64,000 nt of DNA, taken from NCBI GenBank assembly GCA_963779755.1, contig CAVZZO010000001.1, forward strand, positions 32,001 to 96,000, read 5' to 3'. A model generated the notes under the pieces. It was given only the letters and a program-made list of their open reading frames with translations, searched no databases and was not told the origin of the DNA. How positions within the stretch are numbered: the first letter of the stretch is position 1; each line of letters opens with the position of its first letter. This stretch comes from an uncultured Gemmatimonadales bacterium (GTDB lineage Bacteria > Gemmatimonadota > Gemmatimonadetes > Gemmatimonadales > GWC2-71-9). Below, piece by piece: positions 36,280 through 45,139 of this stretch. The position numbers and the translations under genes are program-made.

Positions 36280-36403
36280 CTCGAACCTCGGGCGGGGAGC
36301 CCGGGTTTGTTGAGCCGGCCGGTACAGCTTGGCCGCAACAGGAGGGATAAATGGCCGGCTCATTTGTGTCGCCGGCGCCCGAAGGCGCCGGAACCAACTG
36401 AAT
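36249..36403 (-). ncRNA. Candidate ~150-nt structured small RNA (or attenuating leader of the M16 gene)
   Basis: Four consecutive hairpins (cUUCGg loop; 10-bp stem with CCCUCCU in the loop; UCCCC loop; GCAA terminator) between a sigma-54-like promoter and a terminator. Confidence 0.65.
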
Positions 36404-36412
36404 TGATCTATC

Positions 36413-36429
36413 TGCCAACTGCGTGCCAG
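36413..36429 (-). promoter_or_regulatory. Sigma-54 (-24/-12) promoter
   Basis: CTGGCACGCAGTTGGCA, GG-N10-GC spacing. Confidence 0.65.
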
Positions 36430-36686
36430 ATCGCCATCTCGTTCCTCCGGCAGCAGATACGTGTGAGGGGGCTGGCCGGGACCCGTCCGCCGGTCTGGAC
36501 ATTTGAGGCGTCCGTCCGTCCACTACAGGACGGTGGATCCGGCCTGAACTCCTGCAGCCGCCCCTACACCCTGTTTGATGCCTGTCCGGCGGACAGGGTT
36601 GCATGTGCTATCCTCCGTAAGATTGCGGACTTGCACCCCGCTATATTGCCGGGAAGAACACCGCGCGGGACTACTCCTCTCTTGGC

Positions 36687-37202
36687 ATGAGGCACGGCGT
36701 GGATACGGCCTTCAGCGTCACCGTCAGCAAGGACTACCTGGCATTCTCGTCGGCGCATTTCATCACCTTCGCCGGCCATCAGTGCGAGTCCCTCCACGGG
36801 CACAATTACCGGGTAGGCGTCACCGTCGGCGGGGCAGTCGACCCGGAGTGCGCGTTCGTGGTGGACTTCAGCATCCTGAAACAGATCGTCCGGCAGCTGG
36901 TCCATCCCTGGGATCACCGGGTACTTCTCCCCACCGGAAGCGCCAAGCTCGTGTTCCAGGAGGAGGGCGAGCACCTGGTGGTGGACTACCTGGGACGGCG
37001 CCGGTTTCTCTTTCCCCGTGGCGACTGCGCCCTCATCCCCATCAGCAATACCACCGCCGAGATGCTGGCCGAGCTTCTGGCACGCCAGGTCCGCGAGGCC
37101 TTCATCGAGCGGGGAGTGACCAACCTCACCTCCATCGAGATCGAGGTCGAGGAGAGCCCGGGCCAGGCGGCCGTCTACCGCATCGCGGCGGGACCGGCAT
37201 GA
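36687..37202 (+). CDS. queD: 6-carboxytetrahydropterin / 6-pyruvoyl-tetrahydropterin synthase family (COG0720)
   Basis: FSSAHF, CESLHGHNY, VVDF, WDHRVLLP, TTAEMLA; the start could instead be GTG at 36699. Confidence 0.85.
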   Translation: MRHGVDTAFSVTVSKDYLAFSSAHFITFAGHQCESLHGHNYRVGVTVGGAVDPECAFVVDFSILKQIVRQLVHPWDHRVLLPTGSAKLVFQEEGEHLVVDYLGRRRFLFPRGDCALIPISNTTAEMLAELLARQVREAFIERGVTNLTSIEIEVEESPGQAAVYRIAAGPA

Positions 37203-37218
37203 GCCCCAAGGAGAGCCC

Positions 37219-37575
37219 ATGACAGCAAAAGAGCGGGTCTACGGCAGGGAGGAGATCGCCGCCGAACTGAAACCCCTGAGCGGCTGGCAGGTGGAGGACG
37301 GAGCGCTGGCCCGGCATTACACCACTCGCGGCTGGCCTGCCACGCTCATGCTGGTCAACGCCATCGGGTGGATCTGCGAGTCGGCCGACCATCATCCCGA
37401 CCTGGCGGTCGGCTACAACTCGGTAGGTGTGCGCCTCTCGACCCACAGCGCCGGCGGCATCACCGCCAAGGATCTGGAGGTGGCGCGCCTGATCGAGCAG
37501 ACCGCCCTCTGGCGCCCACCGGAGGGAAGCGCGCTCCGGGGCGCTCCCGAACCGTTGATCAGAGAAGAGGCCTGA
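37219..37575 (+). CDS. Pterin-4-alpha-carbinolamine dehydratase
   Basis: ESADHHPDL, LSTHSAGGITAKD. Confidence 0.92.
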   Translation: MTAKERVYGREEIAAELKPLSGWQVEDGALARHYTTRGWPATLMLVNAIGWICESADHHPDLAVGYNSVGVRLSTHSAGGITAKDLEVARLIEQTALWRPPEGSALRGAPEPLIREEA

Positions 37576-37599
37576 GCTGGAACCGGCGGCCCGTTTCTC

Positions 37600-38187
37600 T
37601 CAGTCCTTTTCCCTCGGTCCTGCTTCATACACTTCCGACTCGGTCAGCACGGTCGTCATGCGGATATCCCCGGGCCCCACCGGTACTTCGGAGAACACCT
37701 GGCTCCGGTAAGCCAACGCGATGAACGGCGTGCCCGGACGGGCCCTGGCCAGCAGCCGGTCGTAGTACCCTTTCCCGTAGCCTACCCGTCCACCCGCGGG
37801 ATCGAACGCCAGCCCCGGCACCACGTAGAGATCCACCGCCTCCGGAGGGCATTGCCGCGCCGGATCCGCCAGCACCGCCGCCACCGGCTCCAGCAGCCCG
37901 AACGCGGCCGGCGCAAGCTCCTCAAGGCCGGTGATCCGGTACAGCGCCAGGTCGCCGCCGTGGGTACGCGGCACCGCCACGGCAGTGCCCTGACGCAGGG
38001 TCTGTTCGATGAGGGGCTGCGTCGGCACTTCATCGCCCACGCCCACGTAGAAGGACACCACCCGGGCCCGGCGGAATTCGGCGCGCTCCAGCAGCCGCTC
38101 CCCGATGCGCCGGTTCTTGTCGTCCCTGTCCCGCTCGGCGCTACGTGCGGCCAGCGCGGCCTGGCGCACGGCGGCTTTGCCGGTCAT
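37600..38187 (-). CDS. ygfA: 5-formyltetrahydrofolate cyclo-ligase
   Basis: VVPGLAFDPAGGRVGYGKGYYDRLL; real start MTGKAA overlaps the upstream stop (ATGA). Confidence 0.92.
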   Translation of the reverse strand: MTGKAAVRQAALAARSAERDRDDKNRRIGERLLERAEFRRARVVSFYVGVGDEVPTQPLIEQTLRQGTAVAVPRTHGGDLALYRITGLEELAPAAFGLLEPVAAVLADPARQCPPEAVDLYVVPGLAFDPAGGRVGYGKGYYDRLLARARPGTPFIALAYRSQVFSEVPVGPGDIRMTTVLTESEVYEAGPREKD

Positions 38188-40241
38188 GGCTGAAGACCCA
38201 GTTCCTGGAAGAGGAAGGACCAGACGTCGGTCAGTTCGTCCAGCACCTTGGCCAGCGGCTTGCCGGCACCGTGCCCCGCCTGGGTTTCCAGACGGAGCAG
38301 CACCGGATGCGCCGAGCCGGTGGCGGCCTGCAGCCGGGCGGTCATCTTGCGAGCGTGCATCGGGTCCACCCGGGTATCGCTCTCGGCGGTGGCCAGCAGC
38401 ACCGCCGGATACGGGGTCCCTTCCCGGACGTGATGATAAGGCGAATAGGCCCGGAGCCAGGCGAACTGCGCCGGGTCGTCGGGCGAACCGTATTCCGGGA
38501 TCCAGAGGCGGGCAATGAGGAACCGGTGGAACCGCAGCATGTCCAGCAGCGGCACCTGGATGACGACGGCGCGGAAGAGATCGGGCCGCTGCGTCAGCGC
38601 CGCGCCCATCAGCAAGCCGCCGTTGGACCCGCCCGCGATCGCCAGGTGCCGGGCCGTGGTATAACCCTCGGAGACGAGATACTCCGCGGCCGCGATGAAA
38701 TCGTCGAAGCTGTTCTGCTTCTGCCCCAGCATGCCGCCCTGGTGCCAGGCCTCGCCGTACTCGCCGCCGCCCCGCAGGTTGGGTACCGCCAGCACGCCCT
38801 CGTGCTCCAGCCAGAGAAAGAGCGACCGGCTGAAGGCCGGCGTCATGCTGATATTGAACCCGCCGTATCCGGTCAGATAGACCGGGCGGCGGCCGTCCCG
38901 CTCCAGGCCTTTCCGGTGTACCAGGAACATGGTGACCGGCGTCCCGTCGTGCGAGCGAAAACGCACCTGCCGGGTTTCGTAGCGCTCGCTGGCGATATCG
39001 GTCTCGACCCGGCGCCAGAGCCCCAGCTCGCCGCTCGCCAGATCCAGCCGGTAGATGGTAGGGGGCACGATATACGACGAAAAGCCGAGGAATGCCTCCG
39101 TCCCCTCCGGCTCCGCGCCGATTCCGCCCAGGCTGCCGTGGGCCGGCAGGGGGATTTCCTGCTGGTCTCCGCCGTCCAGCCCGCACACCCGCAGCCGGGA
39201 CACCGCGCGCTCGAGATAGCTCAGCACCAGGTGGTCGCGGGCCACCACCACACCCTCCAGCACCGCCTCGGGGCGCGCGGGAACGATTTCCCGCCAGTGT
39301 TCCCGGCCCGGCATGGTGGGAAGCGTCTGGTACAGCCGGTAGGTGGCGGCGTCGAGATTGGTGCGGATAAAGAGCCGGTCGTGCGCCACCTGGGCCTCGA
39401 ACAGCGCGGGCAGATCCTGCACCACCGGGCTGAGGGCCTGCTCGCCGGCGGTATCGGCCAGGTAGATGTCGGTCTGATCGAAGGTCCGTGCCACGATGAC
39501 TACCAGCCAGCGCCCGTCGGGCGAGAGCCCGACGCCGGGCCAGTGTTCCTTTTCCGCCGGCCGGAATACCAGACGGTCGTGCGCCGGATCGTCCCCCAGC
39601 CGGTGCAGCCACACCGAGCGGTGATAATGCTCGTCGCCCTCGGGCACGGTCCCCGGCGCGGGGTAACGGGTGTAGTAGAAGGCCGACGCGTCGGGCAGCC
39701 ACGCCAGATCGGCGGCGCGGGTATGCGGAATCCTGTCGGCGAGCGCGCGGCCGGAGCCCACTTCCAGCAGGTGGAGCACGCTCGCCTCGCTGCCGTCCTC
39801 CGACAGGCCGTAGGCCAGGAAGCGCCCGTCGTCGCTGGGATAGTACCAGTCGAGCGCCGTGGTTCCGGCCGGGTTCAGCCGGTTCGGGTCCACCAGCACG
39901 CGGTCGTCGCCCTGCACTCCCTCCCGAACGTAGAGTACCGGCTGATTCTGGGCGCCCTCCCGCAGCAGATAGAAATACCGCCCCCGCGCGGGCGTGGGCG
40001 TCCCGATGGTCCCGATACTGAGCAGCGACTCGAGCCGGGCGCGGAGCCGTGCCCGGCCCGGGAATGCATCCAGCCGGCTGCGGGTGAAGGCGTTCTGGGC
40101 GGCGGTCCAGCGGCGGGTCTCTTCGCTGTCGCCCGCCTCCAGCCAGCGGTAGGGATCGACCACCGCGGTGCCATGCAGCACCTCGCTGACCGGCCGGACC
40201 TCGGTGGGAGGGAAGGCGGGGCGGGCGGGCCTGTCAGTCAC
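38184..40241 (-). CDS. Prolyl oligopeptidase (S9A)
   Basis: [36 protein letters not shown]. Confidence 0.96.
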   Translation of the reverse strand: MTDRPARPAFPPTEVRPVSEVLHGTAVVDPYRWLEAGDSEETRRWTAAQNAFTRSRLDAFPGRARLRARLESLLSIGTIGTPTPARGRYFYLLREGAQNQPVLYVREGVQGDDRVLVDPNRLNPAGTTALDWYYPSDDGRFLAYGLSEDGSEASVLHLLEVGSGRALADRIPHTRAADLAWLPDASAFYYTRYPAPGTVPEGDEHYHRSVWLHRLGDDPAHDRLVFRPAEKEHWPGVGLSPDGRWLVVIVARTFDQTDIYLADTAGEQALSPVVQDLPALFEAQVAHDRLFIRTNLDAATYRLYQTLPTMPGREHWREIVPARPEAVLEGVVVARDHLVLSYLERAVSRLRVCGLDGGDQQEIPLPAHGSLGGIGAEPEGTEAFLGFSSYIVPPTIYRLDLASGELGLWRRVETDIASERYETRQVRFRSHDGTPVTMFLVHRKGLERDGRRPVYLTGYGGFNISMTPAFSRSLFLWLEHEGVLAVPNLRGGGEYGEAWHQGGMLGQKQNSFDDFIAAAEYLVSEGYTTARHLAIAGGSNGGLLMGAALTQRPDLFRAVVIQVPLLDMLRFHRFLIARLWIPEYGSPDDPAQFAWLRAYSPYHHVREGTPYPAVLLATAESDTRVDPMHARKMTARLQAATGSAHPVLLRLETQAGHGAGKPLAKVLDELTDVWSFLFQELGLQP

Positions 40242-41313
40242 CCAGACTGATTCCCAGATCGCGGGCCGTCTGGATGGTATCGCAATCCAGGGGGACGCTC
40301 TTGCAGCGCCCGACCACCCGTTCCAGCGGCACCCGTTCGATGCCCGGCGGGTTCAACGCCACCATGCAGCCGAAGGCGCCGTCGGCCACCGCGCGCACCG
40401 CCGCCGCGCCGAACCGGAGCCCCAGCAGACGATCGAACGTGGTGGGTGATCCGCCCCGCTGCAGGTGACCCAGCACCAGGCTGCGTACCTCCTTGCCGGT
40501 CCCCTCCTGGATCTCGCGCGCGACCAGGCTGCCGATGCCGCCCAGCCGGTCGGCGGCGCCGATCCGGCGCCGCTCCTGGAACACCGCCGAGCCTCCCTTG
40601 GGCGTGGCGCCCTCGGCCACGACCACGATAGAGAAGTGGCGGCCCTCTTCCTCCCGCTGGCGGATCTTCTGGCAGACGCGCTCGATATCGAAGGGGATCT
40701 CCGGCAGCAGGATCACGTCGGCGGTGGCGGAGACCCCGCTGTTGAGGGCGATCCAGCCGGCATCGCGCCCCATCAGTTCCACCACCATCACCCGCTCGTG
40801 GCTCTCGGCCGTGGAATGCAGCTTGTCGATGGCCTCGGTGGCCGTGCTCACCGCGGTATCGAACCCGAAGGTCGCCAGCGTCTCGACCACGTCGTTGTCG
40901 ATGGTCTTGGGCACCCCCACCACCGGCAAGCCCTTGCGATAGAGGTCGTGGGCGATGGCCAGGCTGCCGTCGCCGCCGATGGAAATCAGCGCGTCGAAAC
41001 CGCTGGCGCTGAAGGCGGCGATGAGATCGTCGGAACGATCGACTTCCGTCTCGTTCCCCTGTTCGTCCCGGTGGACCCAGCGGAAGGGATTGCCCCGGCT
41101 GGTGGTTCCCAGGATGGTCCCGCCCAGGTGGGTGATTCCCCGGACCTCCCGGGGGCCCAGTTTCATGACGCCTTCGTGGCCCAGCAGTCCGTCGTACCCC
41201 CGGCGGATCCCGTAACACTGCCACCCGCGGTGGTGGGCGGAGAGGACGATGGCCCGGATGACGGCGTTGAGGCCGGGTGCGTCTCCCCCGCCGGTCGAGA
41301 TGGCAATGCGCAT
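40234..41313 (-). CDS. pfkA: 6-phosphofructokinase (group III type, probably ATP-dependent)
   Basis: TGGGDAPGLN, GGTILGT, GGDGS, PKTIDND, MGRDAGWIA, LGHLQRGG. Confidence 0.95.
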   Translation of the reverse strand: MRIAISTGGGDAPGLNAVIRAIVLSAHHRGWQCYGIRRGYDGLLGHEGVMKLGPREVRGITHLGGTILGTTSRGNPFRWVHRDEQGNETEVDRSDDLIAAFSASGFDALISIGGDGSLAIAHDLYRKGLPVVGVPKTIDNDVVETLATFGFDTAVSTATEAIDKLHSTAESHERVMVVELMGRDAGWIALNSGVSATADVILLPEIPFDIERVCQKIRQREEEGRHFSIVVVAEGATPKGGSAVFQERRRIGAADRLGGIGSLVAREIQEGTGKEVRSLVLGHLQRGGSPTTFDRLLGLRFGAAAVRAVADGAFGCMVALNPPGIERVPLERVVGRCKSVPLDCDTIQTARDLGISLGD

Positions 41314-41325
41314 GACGGCCGAGTC

Positions 41326-41559
41326 TTATCCTTTCGCGCGCTCGCGGACCAGCTTCAGGACCTCACCAGGCGCCGCATGCCGGCCCTGGGCTTTCTTGGA
41401 AAAGACCAGATCGCCGTCCATGCTGACCTCGAATACCCCGCCGGAGGATTCCACCATGCGAACCTCGGCCTCGGGGAAGGCCTGCTTCAGCTCGGCCGCC
41501 AGACCGGCGGCCCGGGGCTGATAGTTTCAGACGACGCAGAATTCGATAGTGAATCGCAT
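41326..41559 (-). CDS. SelT/SelW/SelH (Rdx family) selenoprotein, 77 aa, CxxU motif
   Basis: MRFTIEFCVV-U(TGA 41529-41527)-NYQPRAAGLAAELKQAF...SSGGVFEVSMDGDLVFSKK; continuous Rdx-like sequence on both sides of the TGA. Confidence 0.9.
41488..41520 (-). promoter_or_regulatory. Bacterial SECIS-like hairpin
   Basis: CAGC..GGCCGCC-GGTCT-GGCGGCC..GCTG; the apical loop begins with G, 21 nt after the UGA. Confidence 0.72.
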
Positions 41560-41677
41560 AGGTAGCTCCGGAGATCAGGTGCCCGCGAATCGTAAGTTGC
41601 CGCCACCCGTCATGCCAAGACCACCGGAGCCTCCTTGGCTTGCCCCGTGGCGCCGGACGGCTCCATCTTACCCCATC

Positions 41678-43195
41678 GTGCCGACCCGACCCCGAGGTTT
41701 CGCCCTTCCGGCCGCTCTCGCGCTGATGGCGGCGCTGCTCCTGGCGGCGCCGCTGCAGGCACAGCGGCGCTACCGGCTCGAGGCCACCGCCGCCGGAGCG
41801 TACGAGACCTTCGATCAGGCTACCGAGCTGCAGAACGCCTTCGGCGGGAACCTGCGGCTGGGCTACTGGCTGTTCCGCTTTCTCACCATCGAGGCCGAGG
41901 GCACCCTGGTGCAGCCCAAGGCGCGGAACGGCAACACCGTAACCGTCACCTCCCTGGGGGGAGCGGGCCTGCTCAATCTGGGAGTCGGCCGCTACAGCAC
42001 GGCCTATCTCAAGGCCGGCTATGCCACGGTCTCCTACGGCGGCAGCTGCCCGCCGGTCTCGGTGGTCGGGTCGGGCCCCTGCGGCAGCGATAACGAACTC
42101 CGGGCCGGCGTCGGCCTGCGGCTGGCCCTCTCTCCCACCGTGATGTTGCGCACCGAGGGGGGGCTCTCCCGCAGCAGTTCCTCGAATTTCTCCAACTACG
42201 GGGTAACGGCCGGGCTCAGCTGGATGATCGGCAGCCAGCGGCTGGTCGACAGCGACGGCGACGGGGTATACGACCGCTCCGATCGCTGCCCCGACACCCC
42301 GATCGGCGCCCTGGTGGACAGCCGCGGCTGCTCCACCGACAGCGACGGCGACGGCGTCTACGATGGGGTGGATCGCTGCCCCCAGTCGCCGCCGGGCGCT
42401 ACCGTCGACCAGGTCGGCTGCCCCCGCGACAGCGATCGTGACGGCGTGCTCGATGGCGTCGACCGCTGCGAGGACACCCCGGTGGGCGCCGCCGTGGATG
42501 AGCACGGCTGCCCGGTGGACAGCGACAGCGACGGCGTCTTCGACGGACTGGACCGCTGCCCCGATACGCCCGCCGGAGCAAAGGTCGACGGCCTCGGATG
42601 CCCCAACGACAGCGACGGCGACGGGGTATTCGACGGCATCGATCAGTGCCCCGCCACGCCGCCCGGGACGGCGGTCAACCTGTATGGGTGCGCCCCGAAC
42701 CTGGACAGCGACCACGACGGCGTGCCCGACGACCAGGACCGCTGCCCCCGGACCACCGAGGGCCTCCAGGTGGATGCCACCGGCTGTCCGGTGCGGGCCG
42801 CACCGCCCGCCGCCGAGCCGGAGCGGGCCGCGGCGCCCCTGCCCGCCCGCGGCTGGGTGATTCCAGGCAACGCTTTCGCCCTGGGCAGGGCCGATCTGCG
42901 GGAGGCCGTCTACCCCACACTCGACACCATCGCCCGGACGCTGGTGGCCCATCCGGCGGTCCGGGTGGAGATCCAGGGCAACGCCATGGACCGGCTTCCC
43001 CCGAAGGGAAACCGGGAATTGTCCACCAACCGGGCTCAGGCGATTCGCCTGTACCTCTTGCGCAAGGGCGTGCCCGACACCCAGCTCACCATCCGGGGCA
43101 ACGGCGCCAACAACCTGGTCATCCGCGATACCACCGCCGCCGCCCGGGTATTGAACCGCCGGACCGAGCTGCACGTCGTCCCCGCGGGCCCGTAA
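41678..43195 (+). CDS. OmpA family protein: N-terminal beta-barrel, thrombospondin type-3-like Ca-binding repeats, C-terminal peptidoglycan-binding domain
   Basis: Six DSDxDGVxDxxDxCPxT...GC units; LSTNRAQA and LNRRTE; start uncertain (GTG 41678 or ATG 41726). Confidence 0.9.
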   Translation: MPTRPRGFALPAALALMAALLLAAPLQAQRRYRLEATAAGAYETFDQATELQNAFGGNLRLGYWLFRFLTIEAEGTLVQPKARNGNTVTVTSLGGAGLLNLGVGRYSTAYLKAGYATVSYGGSCPPVSVVGSGPCGSDNELRAGVGLRLALSPTVMLRTEGGLSRSSSSNFSNYGVTAGLSWMIGSQRLVDSDGDGVYDRSDRCPDTPIGALVDSRGCSTDSDGDGVYDGVDRCPQSPPGATVDQVGCPRDSDRDGVLDGVDRCEDTPVGAAVDEHGCPVDSDSDGVFDGLDRCPDTPAGAKVDGLGCPNDSDGDGVFDGIDQCPATPPGTAVNLYGCAPNLDSDHDGVPDDQDRCPRTTEGLQVDATGCPVRAAPPAAEPERAAAPLPARGWVIPGNAFALGRADLREAVYPTLDTIARTLVAHPAVRVEIQGNAMDRLPPKGNRELSTNRAQAIRLYLLRKGVPDTQLTIRGNGANNLVIRDTTAAARVLNRRTELHVVPAGP

Positions 43196-43243
43196 CGAGG
43201 GTCACGGTGGCGGGGCATAGGGCTTGCTAGTCTAAGGGCACCT

Positions 43244-44476
43244 ATGCGCCGCACCTTTCCGCTCAGTCTGCTCCTTGCCGCCCTGCTGGCCGCTCCGCTT
43301 GCGGCCCAGCAGCCCGCCCTCGCGCCGCCGCTGGGGGAGGCGCCGGACGGCGTGGTCTCCCCGGAGCGGCTGCGTGCTATCACCGACCGGCTGCTGGAAC
43401 CGCTGCAATGGCCGGCGCCGCCCCTGTCCGATCCGCCCAGGGGCATCCGGGCGATCTACCTCAACGCCTGGGTCTTCGGCTCGCAGCGGTTCTATGACCT
43501 GGTGCGGATGGCGGACACCACCGAAATCAACGCCTTTATCATCGATGTGAAGGACGGCACCGGGTACCTCACCTACCCGTCGAGCGTACCCACGGCCATC
43601 GAGATCGGTGCCAATCACCAGATCCGGGCCCCCGATTTCCGGGAGCGGCTGGAGGTCCTGCGGCGCCACGGTATCTATCCCATTGCCCGCATCGTCGTCG
43701 CCAAGGACCCGCTGCTGGCCAGGGGAAAACCGGGCTGGTCGATTCAGGACAAACGGGGGGGGCTGTGGCACGACCGGCTGGGGTTCGCCTGGGTGGATGC
43801 CTTCAACGATTCGGTCTGGGTCTACGCCTCGCAGCTCGGGGCCGAGGCCGTCCGGATGGGGTTCTCGGAGCTGCAGTTCGATTACGTGCGGTTCCCCGAC
43901 GAGCCGCGCTCACGCATGGCGACGGCGATCTTCTCCGCCCGCCAGCCGGGCGAGACCACCCGCGAGGGCGTGCGGCGCAATCTCGAGTTCCTGAAGCGCC
44001 GGGTCAAGCCGCTGGGCGTCCCGTTTACCGTCGATGTCTTCGGGATGACGGCCAGCGCCCAGAACGATATGGGCATCGGCCAGGTGTGGGAGGATCTGGT
44101 CAGGACGGCGGATGTGGTTCTGCCGATGGTCTATCCCAGCCACTACTACGGCGGGTTCTACAACATCAGCCATCCCAACAGCGAACCGTACGACGTCGTC
44201 CACCGGGCCATCCAGGATGGGCTGCGCCGCTCGGCGGACGTCGACAAACCGGGGAAGATCCGGCCGTTCCTCCAGGCGTTCACACTGGGACGCCCCCGCT
44301 ACACTCCGTGGTACGTGCGGGAGCAGATCCGGGCAGTAGAGGATCTGGGGATCGAGAGCTGGGCCCTGTGGAACGCCCGCGGAGTGTATGACCCGGCGAT
44401 CTTCCGGCCGGCGGTGTCGCGGCCCCGCGGTGTGGCTCAGCAGCCCGATACCAGCTTGGATCAGGGAGAACTCTGA
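43244..44476 (+). CDS. Putative glycoside hydrolase, DUF4015-like
   Basis: INAFIIDVKD, IARIVVAKD, ELQFDYVRFP, PMVYPSHY. Confidence 0.85.
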   Translation: MRRTFPLSLLLAALLAAPLAAQQPALAPPLGEAPDGVVSPERLRAITDRLLEPLQWPAPPLSDPPRGIRAIYLNAWVFGSQRFYDLVRMADTTEINAFIIDVKDGTGYLTYPSSVPTAIEIGANHQIRAPDFRERLEVLRRHGIYPIARIVVAKDPLLARGKPGWSIQDKRGGLWHDRLGFAWVDAFNDSVWVYASQLGAEAVRMGFSELQFDYVRFPDEPRSRMATAIFSARQPGETTREGVRRNLEFLKRRVKPLGVPFTVDVFGMTASAQNDMGIGQVWEDLVRTADVVLPMVYPSHYYGGFYNISHPNSEPYDVVHRAIQDGLRRSADVDKPGKIRPFLQAFTLGRPRYTPWYVREQIRAVEDLGIESWALWNARGVYDPAIFRPAVSRPRGVAQQPDTSLDQGEL

Positions 44477-45102
44477 CCATCCGTTGGCGGTGCGATATCG
44501 TAAACGTATACGTTCACGTTGCTGTCGTGGTATAGCGGCTCGCGGCGCACGAAGCGGCACCCCCGGTTCCGATACATCCGATTCGCGCTTTCATTGCTCA
44601 CGTCGGTCGCAATCTTGAGCGCCGTCACCCGTCGGAGGCGCAGTTCGCGCACCAATTCCTCCCAGATCGCCGCCCCAACCCCCTTCCCCTGGGCGGCGCG
44701 CTCAACCACGATGCTGACCAACTCGGCTTCGGGATCATCGTAAGTCACCCCGCGAAAATAGGTCAGGCCGGTGAAGGCGGTGCGCAGGTTGGCAGGGCTC
44801 AGCGCCCGGGGAAGGGCCAGGAGCGCGCACCACAAGCCCCGGTGTAGAAGAAACTCCCGATAGAACCGCTTCCCCGACAGCAGCACGGCCGCGTAGCCGA
44901 CCACCCTCCCGTCCCGTTCCCCGACCAGACAGAGACAGTGCCGTGATGTGGCCATATGACGATGGAGCTGGGTGACTACCCCGCGGCCCAGCCGGGCGAA
45001 CCGCGTCCGAAGCTCCGCAATCATGAGAGAGGCAAGACGGGCCGCGTCATCCGGGCGCGCCGGCCGGATGCCGGATCCGGAGGGGATGGAAGGAGCAGAC
45101 AT
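44461..45102 (-). CDS. GNAT family N-acetyltransferase
   Basis: IRPARPDD, ELVSIVV..AQGKGVG, NESANRMYRNRG. Confidence 0.88.
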   Translation of the reverse strand: MSAPSIPSGSGIRPARPDDAARLASLMIAELRTRFARLGRGVVTQLHRHMATSRHCLCLVGERDGRVVGYAAVLLSGKRFYREFLLHRGLWCALLALPRALSPANLRTAFTGLTYFRGVTYDDPEAELVSIVVERAAQGKGVGAAIWEELVRELRLRRVTALKIATDVSNESANRMYRNRGCRFVRREPLYHDSNVNVYVYDIAPPTDGQSSP

Positions 45103-45139
45103 GGGTCACCCACCTCGAGCGGCCGGGTCGGCTTCCGGG

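Noticed and set aside
36351..36401. 16-codon + strand ORF (MAGSFVSPAPEGAGTN) with a perfect AGGAGG
   Set aside because: Promoter, tetraloops and terminator all point to the minus strand, so the SD-ATG is better read as the complement of an anti-RBS loop. Not fully excluded.
37600..39702. 700-aa ORF suggesting a large fusion to 5-formyl-THF cyclo-ligase
   Set aside because: The first ~505 codons are an alternative frame of the prolyl oligopeptidase gene; the real start is the ATGA overlap at 38187.
41527..41529. TGA as a nonsense mutation (pseudogene)
   Set aside because: It falls exactly at the CxxU position and is followed by a SECIS-like hairpin and an intact reading frame.
42245..42790. 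About 90-bp periodic repeats
   Set aside because: Coding thrombospondin type-3-like repeats of the OmpA protein with synonymous divergence; a known architecture.
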